From contig CM074813.1 of NCBI GenBank assembly GCA_037447605.1, positions 1,364,001-1,428,000 of the forward strand: a DNA stretch of 64,000 nt, given 5' to 3'. The stretch's first letter is position 1, and the number at the start of each line of letters is the position of its first letter. A program made the translations under genes and the position numbers. The notes beneath the pieces were generated by a model. It was not told where the DNA came from. It saw nothing but the letters and a program-made list of their open reading frames with translations, and did not search any database. Origin of the DNA: Zygnema circumcarinatum SAG 698-1b (Eukaryota; Plantae; Zygnematophyceae). Shown here in pieces: positions 12,668-28,400 of the stretch.

Positions 12668-13807
12668 ATGGCTGTGTTCAGCTTGGGAGCAGTCATGGAG
12701 ACGGTGATGTCAGGAGGAGGGACGGCGGTCGGCATCGCGGCAGCTGTGGTAGTGGTAGGCGCCACGGCCTTCCTGCTCGTCTCAGGACAGGCGGAAGTGA
12801 AGGGCAAGAAGACAGTGGAGCTGGCAGGAGGAAGCCTGAGCAAGGATGAAGTTCAAGAAGGATGGAAGAAGTACGACAGCTACTTCAATCAAAACAAAGG
12901 CAGCGATGGCTCGGGAGTGGCGGAGAAGAAGCAGGCTCCGCAGTTTGTGGATACATTTTACAACCTGGTGACGGATATATACGAGTGGGGCTGGGGACAG
13001 AGCTTTCACTTTTCGCCTGCTATTCCAGGGAAAAGTTACAGGGAAGAAACTAAGATCCACGAAGAGCGCATTTGCGACTTGTTGAAACTGAAGCCCGGCA
13101 TGCGAGTGTTGGATGCTGGATGCGGAGTTGGTGGGCCGATGAGAGCCATCGCTGCAAAGTCTGGCAGCAACGTGGTCGGAATCACAATCAACGAGTACCA
13201 AGTGCAGAGATCCTTGGCGCACAACAAGCGAGCGGGTCTAGATCACCTCTGTGAAGTTGTGCAGGGCAATTTTCTTTCAATGCCCTTTGAGGATGAGAGC
13301 GTCGATGCTGCCTATTCCATCGAGGCGACCTGCCATGCTCCCAAGCTGCAGGACGTGTACGCGGAGATCTTCAGGGTGCTGAAGCCGGGACAGTTGTATG
13401 CGACTTACGAGTGGGTGACAACAGACAAGTACAATCCAGATAACAAGGCGCATGTAAAGATTATCGAGGATATCTGTTATGGCAATGCACTGCCATATCT
13501 GCGTACTTACAAGGAGATTGCAGAAGCTGCAGTAGAGGTTGGATTTGAAGTTTTGGAGAACAGAGACTTGGCTGCCCCACCTGCGCTGCCATGGTGGAAT
13601 CGGCTCAAGTTTGGTCGGATTAGTTATGCTCGAAATCATGCGCTTGTTACGATTGTGTCATGGCTCGGCATTGCGCCAAAGGGTCTGACAGACGTGCATA
13701 ACATGCTGACAGAGGTCGCCGTATCGCTAACACAGGGAGGAGAAACGGGAGTTTTTACTCCTGCGCACTTGCTGCTTCTGCGAAAGCCGCTGAAGGGAAG
13801 CAAGTAG
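12668..13807 (+). CDS. SMT2: Sterol C24-methyltransferase type 2 (24-methylenesterol C-methyltransferase), intronless
   Basis: Single 379-aa ORF with SMT motifs FVDTFYNLVTDIYEWGWGQSFHF, VLDAGCGVGGPMRAI and YSIEATCHAP. N-terminal TM followed by AEVKGKKTVELAGGS, as in plant SMT2/3. Confidence 0.93.
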   Translation: MAVFSLGAVMETVMSGGGTAVGIAAAVVVVGATAFLLVSGQAEVKGKKTVELAGGSLSKDEVQEGWKKYDSYFNQNKGSDGSGVAEKKQAPQFVDTFYNLVTDIYEWGWGQSFHFSPAIPGKSYREETKIHEERICDLLKLKPGMRVLDAGCGVGGPMRAIAAKSGSNVVGITINEYQVQRSLAHNKRAGLDHLCEVVQGNFLSMPFEDESVDAAYSIEATCHAPKLQDVYAEIFRVLKPGQLYATYEWVTTDKYNPDNKAHVKIIEDICYGNALPYLRTYKEIAEAAVEVGFEVLENRDLAAPPALPWWNRLKFGRISYARNHALVTIVSWLGIAPKGLTDVHNMLTEVAVSLTQGGETGVFTPAHLLLLRKPLKGSK

Positions 13808-15011
13808 GCTGATGGGAGCATTGTTTGAGCATGAGCAAAAGTTCAGATCTGCAGCTGAAGCGTTTTAGGTTCCTTACATCCGCTGTCGTAGGGAGAAATA
13901 AAGTGATTTATTCTCTGGGACCAGGTATATTCTTTTGACATTGAAGGCATTCATTGTTGGCAAGTCGTCACCTTCTAGCTGTGAAATCAGATCGTGCAGG
14001 TTCTGCTGAGGTTCTTTTGTTGAGGTCGAGGTAGAAAAGGATAGTTCTGTAGAATGCGTTTCTTATGCAGGAGTGAGTGAGGGGTTTTCTGTCGTCTTTC
14101 TTGGTAAGTATTTCTTCAGATAGGCAGGCGTGGCGAGGCAACCTGGCTCGGGTCTACGGGCCGCTAGCTTTCCTGTGTCCCACATGTACTGCAGTTTGAG
14201 CTGACCGAAAGTAGAAAGCGCCACGTTCAATTCTGTCCCTAGAAGTGTCATTTGTTCCAGGAGCTGCCTGCAAAGTGTGATTTTTTTGGTCCAGCAGCTG
14301 CTGAGATTTTTTTTTCTCTTGTTCATCTGAAAGAATGCACGGTATCTCTTTCCTTCAAAAGTGGATGCTGGTTTGTGGTGGTCGATGTTGTGGCTATTGT
14401 CAGAGCTGTTAAAGTGTCCTCAAATGTGGCCGCAGTGTTCAACGGGCAAGGAAGAGTGTACATGTGTGCTCATCAGAATAATGCCCACAAAGTGTTTCTT
14501 GAACAATGGTAGACAACATAAACCGGAATTTGCCAAACATGCACATAGAACGAGCAGGGTCGAGGCCCTTCAGACAATTATTGAAGCGTTTGGGTCTAAG
14601 GAATGAAAAGGGTTTAAGAACATAGAACAAAGACATGCCATGTCTAGGTAACACCCGCGTCTAGAAAGGGCAAATGCCTCCCCGTCAGTCTTCCTACCAC
14701 AGCGCCGCCGCCTATGCAAACAGAGACTGCCTTCCAGAGTAACCTTCGCCACCAACAGAATCAAAAAACAAGCTGTACATAAAACTGCAAATTCGAATGT
14801 CTTGCCAGCCAACGCAACCGTCTGCGTCCTTAGATTGCAGCAAGCCTTAACTGGGAGAAACCACTTACGCTTGAAGCCTGGTAATACAAACATCTATGAG
14901 GCACACAGGAGGCTATCTGCCGAGGGCTTCCTATCCTATTCCACCTAGGAGACTTCAGAAAAAAAAAATCCATCCTTGAAAGGTACCGAGGACATGTCAC
15001 GCAGGGCGCTG

Positions 15012-19965
<4,954 letters not shown>

Positions 19966-21315
19966 TTTGCACTTACTGTGTGTGCGACAACAGGGCTGGA
20001 CACGCCCTTATTACTAGATAAAAAAAAAAGAAAAAAATTACGAAGATCTTATACGGATAAAAGACGGTCGAATTGCGAGAACAGCCCACTTACTATGCTC
20101 CGTACAGTTCAAGCTGATTACAACCAAGACAAAGCTCTTCACCGCCCGGCTTTCAATTCCTGTCGTGTACAACAATACTATCTAACAGCATACGCATGTG
20201 CGGCTCCTCCCATATCATCTCATCCCCTGCCGCAGTGCCAGATGCACGCCAAGCCTTGCCGCTGCAGCAACCCTAACAGCCCCCAGCTCCTCCCTTCCCC
20301 TTCCCTTGCAGCAGCAGGAGCAGCAGCAGCACTTCCAGCAAGACCACCTCCTGCCTGCGTGCGTGGAAGGGCCACTTCCACGTTGCTTCCTTCGCCTGGA
20401 AGGAAACTCGTCAAGTAACGTCACATAACGTAACGTAGCGTCACGTAACGTCGCGTGACGCATGGCCTGCAGGAAAACAAAAATTTCAAGTCCCCTACCG
20501 TACAGTACGGTATTGCCGGGGAACAGCCGGAAACTGGCCGAACAGCGTACCGCACCGTACGGTACGGTACGGGAGGCTCGTGCTGCAAGTTTTGAGGTTC
20601 GTGTGTGGTGGACTGGTGGCATTGCGTCGATGACTTTTCGCAGCCGGGCACGACAAATACACGCTGACATGGCGGCATATGATTGGCTTCAGTAAGATTT
20701 CTGACCGCACTCATTTACGTGGTGACTGCAGTTAGGGAGGGAAGGTTTCCGGGCCGAAACCACAAACCGCTCGCGTCCGGGCCTATGACATCATTCAACG
20801 TCAGTAAGTTGCAAACCGAGCCTCATAAACGTGAAAAAGTCCACGCGAACCGGGGAAAAGAAAAACAACCGGCGAGCGGTTGGTTTGTTTTCGCAAACCG
20901 CTGCCCGCAAACCAGCCCTCCCGCCCTCCCGCCCTCCCGCCCTCCCGCCCTCGTGCAGTTCAGCTTTCAGGAGATATCGAGCGGCCGATCAGTACCGGAT
21001 CGAGAGAGAGAGAGAGGGGGCGTTTCTTACTACAATCTTAGCCCCACCCTTTTCCTGATTGACATTATTCGCCCCATCCGTTTGCCGGCCTCGGACTTCA
21101 GAGCTGCTTCCAACCTTCCTTGTAGGCAGGCAGGCAGGCAGGCAAGTTAAGCAGTTCAAGCGCTCCAGGATCGCCTCCCTCTGCCAGGCCGATCCGGTCC
21201 TCCCTCGATTATTTCTCAGACGAAGTCGTCTGCAATGCTATTTTCGTCTTGCCTTCGTTGCTCACTACTTCCGTCTGTCTCCTTCTAATTGAGGGTTTTC
21301 CCATAAGGAAGCGCC

Positions 21316-24300
21316 ATGCATGCCACCATGCAGGCTTTAGAGACCTTTCGACGGAATCGGCTACTAGATGGAGCCACTAGTGATGATGATAAACTGGCTG
21401 CAGTTTATAAACTCGATGAAATTTGCGAGCTGGCGCAAAGCTCGTCGTCAGATATTGTCAGAGACATGGTGGATTACATCGTCAAGAACAGGTTGGACAA
21501 CAAGTCACCATACGTGAAGCAAAAGGTGAGCGTTGCCGGGCTGTAGTCCGGTGCTGGTTAATACTCTCATTCGGAATGCTTTTTCTTTCGGCATGTTGCA
21601 GGTATAGTAGCTTACGGTGCATGTGTTCCCAACCCTCAATGCCTCTTTTCATATCCGAAAACGTTTATAGCTGCATAATTTGAATTGCTTATAAAATGGT
21701 ATCAAGGCTCTTTTTTAAAGGATATCTTGTTGTTATCCAGGCTTTACGATTAATCAAATTTGCACTTCCGAAGGCTGGAAAGGAGTTTAGGCGTGCAGTC
21801 CAGCTTCATTCTTCGACTATTCGGGGCCTCTTTCATTATAAAGGACAGCCTGATCCGCTGAAGGGTGATTCATTGAATAAGGCGGTGCGGGACATGGCTC
21901 ACGAAACAATCCAGGCACTCTATAGTCAGGAGGAAAGCAAGTTCTCATCTTCGGATCCTGGCGGAAACCGGATGCAGGCGTTTGGAAATACTCCAGATCG
22001 ACCTGCAGACGATCGGCGGGCTTCTGGAGCTGTTAGTCTCAGCAGTGTTGTCGAACTTGGCAGCGAATCTTTCAAGCAGGGCCTTAACCTCATTCGTGAT
22101 GCAGCTGGACAAGCCAGCAACAGTTTAGGTTACCGAGGACAAAGCTTGCATAAGTCATTGACATCAGCAAGCTCTGAGAGTAAGTATGATTCTCGGTATA
22201 AAGGATCAGATGAGCGAAAGGGCAACGATAGTTCAAGCTATTCTGAGACAAGAGACTATGGGAGTTCAAGGTTGGGGTCTTACCAAGCGAGCGACGAGGT
22301 GTCAGCAACAACACCATGGGAATCTAAAAGTTCTGTTGGACATAGCAATGGAAGAAGCTCCTTTGAGGCGGGCCAACCACAGACAGAAGAGGAGAGGTTA
22401 GTAGAGTCAATGACACAAGCTGGAGGAGTAAGGTTGCAGCCCTCAAGGGAGGCCCTGCAAGTGTTTGTCAGCAGTGCCAGCAAGCTTGATGGAGCGCCTA
22501 TGGGCGTAGCTCTTGAAACAAAGCTTCGTGTAAATGTGTGGCAGGTATGCTGCAGCTTTATTTCACCTTTCGTGTAGGCTATACTTTGTATGGTCTTTGT
22601 CAATCGAAAATTAAGTTGCCAAATATGTCGGAGTGATATGATCAGTTCTTGACTTTGGCCTTCTATGATTTGCGAGAGTGGATTGCCTTCCTTGCACCTT
22701 TTAAGCGGCAAAGATGGCTTTAAGGAATCAAAGTTAGGAAATTTGAAGTATAAGGATGTTTGTTACATCTAACTAACCCAAGGATTCAGTATGCTGACTG
22801 GTAAACCACCTTGAATGGCACGTAGAGTTGTTGTGTATGGCAACGTCAAGGATGCAGACCTGTAAACTCAAGCCTGTACATCAGCAGTTTGAATTTGAGC
22901 CCTTGTAAAGTGTACCTGCACTTATCTTTTGAACCCTATTCGCTAATGCAGGTTCGGCTAAAGGCAACTTGCCTTCTTGAAGCACTTTTGAGGAATGAAG
23001 GAGACCCAGTGTGTGATACAGTTTACCGTTTCTTTAAAGAGGATGCATCTGCGATTATTGACTGTTTGGAATCACCACAGTCATCATTACGGGAGAAGGC
23101 GAAAAGGGTATGCTGAGGCTTAAGCAAATGAAAGAGTTTAATCATGGTCTTCACATGCCCTGGGTTTGCTTCATAAGTGACACCGGCAACTTTTGGTGTG
23201 CTGCTACGTTCATCAACAAACTTTTGTGAAGTAAATGTACACATGGCATTCATTTTTTCACTGGTCTTTTCACGGAGCTTGAATTCAAGCTGTTTTTGGT
23301 TCTGAGCATGAGTTTAATGTTCACTTTACCAGGCCTTGAATATGCAGTAGGCCTTGACCTGGCCAGGCCTTTACCAGGCCTGGCCTTAACCTGCACTGAC
23401 TGCTTTATTCATTCGAAGATGGAGTGGGAAGCATCATGCATGCCCATAGTGCCATTCCTCGTATGGCTAGAGTGTGTTGATTCAGTTTGTTGGAATTACC
23501 TACCAAATGCCTTACCCCACAAACGGAGGCCGTTCCCAATTTCGCCATGTGATTTTTTCCATTGTGATCGGATCAAGGACTCGTGTTGTTGTCCTCGCTC
23601 TCTGACTTATCATCCTCATCAAACTTGACCGTCCTTTATGACCAAGGGTTCCCATGGCTGGCTTTGGTTCCTTCAGACGCTAGAGCTTCTCAATTTGGGA
23701 TACGATCAGCCACAACAACACTTGGAAGATCCAGCTACATCTGAAGTACCCATTTCTGCGACTCTGCCCACAGCAGTTCCTAACCTTTTGGATACTAGCG
23801 ATCCTGAGCCTCATCCACAACAGTTTGACTCCCCTAATGAGGCAACCGCAAGAAGCACTTCTCGTCCCGAGGACTCGTCTGCGCAGCCTTTGGCGTCCCC
23901 TGATCTACTCGGAGGAGATTTTTGGAGTAATGGAGCAGAGTCTGGAATTTCAAGCACAAGTTCAGGAGGGACGCCTCTGCCTGATGGATCAAATATTGCC
24001 GATCCTTTCGCTGGCATGTCAGTATCGGGTGCAGGAGGTGAAGCAGACTTATTTTCTGGATTGCAGGTTGACCCTTCCCATAGTGAGTCATCTCAAAACG
24101 AAGACTTAGGTGGGCTTTTAGGTCCTGGAGTCTCGGAGACTGGCGGCTTGTTTGAAGGACTGAATGTCAGTACGACTGAAGTGCCTATGAAGACAGTTGA
24201 TTCTCTTGCTGGAATCATGGGATCATATCCTTCCGTCCCAAGCTCTCAGCCGTTAGTCACTCCTGCAGGGGCTGCCTTTGGTAGAGACTTGGGGCAGATG

Positions 24301-25327
24301 GGAGTCGCTGGGCAAATAGGTAATGGGCAGGGTATGCCAGGGTTGACGGGATTGCGACCACCAACGTTGCCAGCAGCTGGCCCTATGCCAATGCATCGTT
24401 TCACACCACAGGAGCAGCAGATGCTATTCCAGCAACAGCTCCTGTATATGCAGGCGATGGGTATGGGGGGTATGCGGCCAATGGCAATGCCTGCAATTTT
24501 ACCGGGCGTGATTGGTCAGCAGGGGTTTCCTGGGGTAAATTTTGGTCAGCCGGGTTTTGCAGGATTTGGGGGGGTTCAAGGACCAGGGCTAGGCGTAGGG
24601 CTGGGAGGTACGTCATCCAGCGGTCTTAGTGGGGGCCCTGGGTCTATGCCTGGAAGTAATGATGGGTTTGATTTTTCCAGCGACTCGAAGTCTCGCTATC
24701 AAACAGCTCCTGAGGCGAAGAAGGAGGAGACTAAGGCTTTTGACTTTGTTGCGGTGAGTGCGCTTGTTTTAAGGTGCTGCGCGTCTTTCTCTCCATTTGA
24801 GTCCCTTCATCGCTTGCGGTCTTTCTCCCTGCTTTTCTCGTCATATCATCTTTCTTCCTCCCCCGTTCTCTCCCCACCTTGCCCACCTCAATTCTTCTCT
24901 GACTTCCCTTCACGCTGCACTTGGTCTCTTAGGCGGCAATCTAAATCTCTGCAGCGGTCAGTTTCAAACTGACAGACGTACTGCGTCGGAATGAGAAAAA
25001 TGCAGTCAGAAGGAGGCGGGATACTTTCATGATGCATAGATAGCATAGGGCTGATATGTTTTGTTAACCCGTATAAATATGGCTTATAGAGATTACATCT
25101 GCATTTGAAATTGCCTCTTATCTTTATCAAATGCTCATCGGATAGAGGAGAAGGTCAGGTGCTTGCTGGCCCTGTTATTGTACTGGCGAAAATGCCGTAC
25201 AGTCTGGAATGCATGCGTTGTAATGTTCAACTATGTTAATTGTGAGAGGCGCGGTTGGTCTGTGCAGGATCACTTGAAATCAGCTTCTACGATGGGACAG
25301 AAGAAAGGGCCTGCTTTGAAATCGTAG
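21316..25327 (+). CDS. MTV1: MTV1 / tepsin-like ENTH protein (AP-4 accessory). Exons 21316-21525, 21741-22544, 22952-23107, 23677-24753, 25268-25327
   Basis: RNRLLDGATSDDDKLAAVYKLDEICEL...LDNKSPYVKQK|ALRLIKF...LFHYKGQPDPLKGDSLNKAVRDMAHETI; second VHS/ENTH-like part WQ|VRLKATCLLEALL; C-terminal KAFDFVA|DHLKS, as in plant MTV1. Confidence 0.9.
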
Positions 25328-25745
25328 TGCCCAACTGAACTGCCTCCCTTATCCGTAATCTCAGGCCTTGAAGTGTATTATGACATTACGTTTGTTGAAA
25401 TTGAAATTGTGGCTGTGGCTTGGAATTGCAGCGAAGGGTGAAGTGTCAGGCTAAGTGTAAGGGAATTCTTTTCCTTGTCGCATTTGGAGATGGTTAACTG
25501 CGAATGTACTCAGCAGATTTTGAAAATGTTTAACTTCCGAAAATTAGGGTTCGGGTTTGGAAACTGGTGGATAATGTTTTTTCTTATGAGGTGGCCTTAT
25601 AAAATATTGTATGTATAATCTGCTGTGGGCTTGACTTAAGTCCCTCATGACCTTCCGAGTAAACCAAGTCTCTGTCTGGGTTTCGAACCTTTGGTTTTGG
25701 AGACGCGTATGGGACTAGTGGGAAAAGGAGGAATATTACATGAAA

Positions 25746-25960
25746 CCCTTTACATTACATCTTGTGTCTCCCATCGAAAAAACTATGGGCACGTATCACT
25801 TCGAATTGTACACAACACTTTTAGTACTTTTGCATTCTATCCAAACAAAATAAAAAGCACATTGGAGTCTTCCCCTTAAAAAGACAGTCATTTCACGATT
25901 ATGAAACTACCATGCGGATAAATAAGTTCTTGGTCCTAAATTTAGCTGAATACATTCCTA
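25746..25960 (+). repeat. Left copy of a ~215-bp direct repeat flanking the 5S rDNA block
   Basis: Aligns to 42383-42599 with about 8 substitutions and one 2-bp indel. The last ~100 bp are identical. Confidence 0.92.
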
Positions 25961-25989
25961 CCCTTCATAAGTTTTTTTCCACCGGATAG

Positions 25990-27220
25990 CACCATTGGCA
26001 ATAGTTGTTTAGGGCTGGCGGCAATGGTTGGCAACGTTGAAAACCGTGGCCCATCATTGCAACCACTGCATTCCAAGGTCGCCAACCATTGCGACGGGAC
26101 AAAAACAAACAACGATTGCCAATGGTTGCAACCATACCATTGCCTGCGGTACGGTTGCCACCATTGGCAATGGTTTTTCGATTGGCAACCATTGCCGCCG
26201 GCCCTTCAATTCCAAGGTTGCCAACCATTGGCGATCGTTGTTTAGGGCCGGCGGCAATGGTTGGCAACATGGAAACCCATTGCCAATGGTTGCAACCATT
26301 GAATTCCGAGGTTGCCAACCATTGCGACGGGACCGAAACAACCATTGCCACTGGTTCCAACCATTGCCGCCGGTCCTAAACAACCATTGCCGAAAGGAGG
26401 CGTCCGATGTCTTCCCTCGAAAGGAGAAAAGAAAACAGAAAAAACGAACAAGGTCTGACACTTGCACGTCCGTACACGTGGTGCGATCATACCTAGGCTA
26501 CTACGCCGGATCCCATCAGAACTCCGCAGCTAAGCGCCTGTGGGCCGGAATAGTACTGGGATGGGTGACCTCCCGGGAAGTCCCGGTGTCGCACCCACAC
26601 CTTTTACTCTTTTCTTTCATTTTTGGAAATGGTCAAACATCAACATCGATGGTGTGACCAATCATGTTGGACATTGTTCTTGACCTGTTCTTGGCTGACG
26701 TCACAAGGTGACGCCTTGGCGGACTGCTTGTCTCTCGGCAAGCCGGTCCGAAACAGCAATTGCCAAATGGTTGGAACCATCGCCGCCCGGACCGACACAA
26801 CCATTGCCTACGGTTGCAACCATTGGCAATGGTTGGTTTTCAATGTTGCCAACCATTGCCGCCCGCCGGCCCTTGAATTCCAAGATTGCCAACCATTGGC
26901 AATAGTTGTTTAGGGCTGGCGGCAATGGTTGGCAACGTTGAAAACCGTGGCCCATCATTGCAACCACTGCATTCCAAGGTCGCCAACCATTGCGACGGGA
27001 CAAAAACAAACAACGATTGCCAATGGTTCCAACCATACCATTGCCTGCGGTACGGTTGCAACCATTTGGCAATGGTTTTGGATTGGCAACCATTGCCGCC
27101 GGCCCTTCAATTCCAAGGTTGCCAACCATTGGCGATCGTTGTTTAGGGCCGGCGGCAATGGTTGGCAACATGGAAACCCATTGCCAATGGTTGCAACCAT
27201 TGAATTCCGAGGTTGCCAAC
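25990..27220 (+). repeat. 5S rDNA tandem array, left segment (partial spacer, 5S gene, most of the next spacer), cut by the Copia LTR at 27221
   Basis: Same spacer sequence as the 903-bp units at 39108-42030. Confidence 0.9.
26478..26597 (+). rRNA. rrn5: 5S rRNA gene, copy 1
   Basis: GTGGTGCGATCATACC...GGATCCCATCAGAACTCCGCAGCTAAGCG...TAGTACTGGGATGGGTGACCTCCCGGGAAGTCCCGGTGTCGCACCC, 120 nt, followed by oligo-T Pol III terminators. Confidence 0.95.
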
Positions 27221-27942
27221 TGTCAGAGTTAGTTCCCCCTTCGGATGTGCCCTCACTCACAGCGGAAGACATTACAGACTGAGAGAACACACAAGGGAAA
27301 CACGCTGAAAAATATGGAGAAAGCTCTCAGGCCTAAAACTCCATTAAATAAAAGGCAGGATGATTACATAGAGTATATTCAGCACTAAGCCTAGCACTAC
27401 TCTTTAAACACCCCCCCCCCTTCTCTCGGTTCAACACACAGTCTCTAAACAGCCTACACAAGGCCTGTCAGACACTGTAAACTACAGAGGGTAATTCTAA
27501 GCTAAGCACTAAGCACTATAAATGCCTAAGCACTGAAGGGAGCCGCAGCTCCTCATTCGGCCGCACTCCCACCGCTCCAATAAGCCTCCATGTCTGCCGC
27601 GCCTTGCTCGCTTCGACGCCCGCCCTGGCTCCCGCCCTGGATCCCGCCCTGGCTCCCGCCCTGGCCACCGTATTGTGCTAGCTGGCTGCCCGGCAGGCCA
27701 TGTCCTCCGCCCAATGAGCCTGGGAGCTCGCCATTCCTGCGCTGCCTCCTTGCAATTCCTGTAACCCTAATTGCCAAGTGACGGCCCCCGATTGGCTGCC
27801 CCTTCGGCCCAGCCAACCGGTGGTATACCGCACCACCCGCCATACAATAAGCGTTCAGTACTATTGTCCGTACATCCGTACAGTTCGTATACTTCGTCCA
27901 AATCCCACAACTCTCAGCTGTACGGCTATCCGTACGCTGACA
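27221..27942 (-). mobile_element. 3' LTR (722 bp) of a Ty1/Copia retrotransposon
   Basis: Termini TGTCAG...CTGACA. PPT (AAGAGGGGGA on the minus strand) at 27944-27953 lies directly inside. Contains four copies of the 12-mer CCCGCCCTGG(C/A)T at 27619-27665. Confidence 0.85.
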
Positions 27943-27968
27943 ATCCCCCTCTTGGGATTTGATGCTGA

Positions 27969-28400
27969 TCAGAGAGGGCCAATCCCGACCAAGCGGCAGT
28001 TGGTCCATAGAATCTCACCGGTGACTGCTTTGGTTAACATGTCGGCAGCTTGCTCCAAAGTGCCGACAAAATGTACGGACACCCGCCTGGCCTCCACCTG
28101 TTCACGGACGTAATGATATTGGATCTTGATGTGCTTGGATCGTTTGTGAAAGACAGGGTTCTCCACCAGCGCAATCGAAGATTTGTTGTCGGTTCGCAGC
28201 TTGATTTGATTCTGCGGCCTCCTGCATTCTTCGAAAAAGTTCTGTAACCAAATCGCCTCCTTGGTGGCGTGGCAGGCTGCGATATATTCAGCCTCTGTAC
28301 TTGACAGCGCCACCGTATCTTGTAGTTTTGAGCTCCAGGTCAAAGATCCGCCGCAGTTAATGAACACGTATCCTGATGTTGATTTTGACGTATCAGGATC
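27969..28400 (-). mobile_element. Copia RNase H region (end of pol), reading frame intact
   Basis: DPDTSKSTSGYVFINCGGSLTWSSKLQDTVALSSTEAEYIAA...IKLRTDNKSSIALVENPVFHKRSKHIKIQYHYVRE...AADMLTK is canonical Ty1/Copia RNase HI. Confidence 0.93.

Noticed and set aside
25665-25712. Minus-strand stretch GTCTCCAAAACC...GGTTCGAAACCC resembling an organellar trnW anticodon/T-arm
   Set aside because: Too short, with no acceptor or D stem; chance similarity is plausible. tRNAscan-SE or BLAST would be needed.
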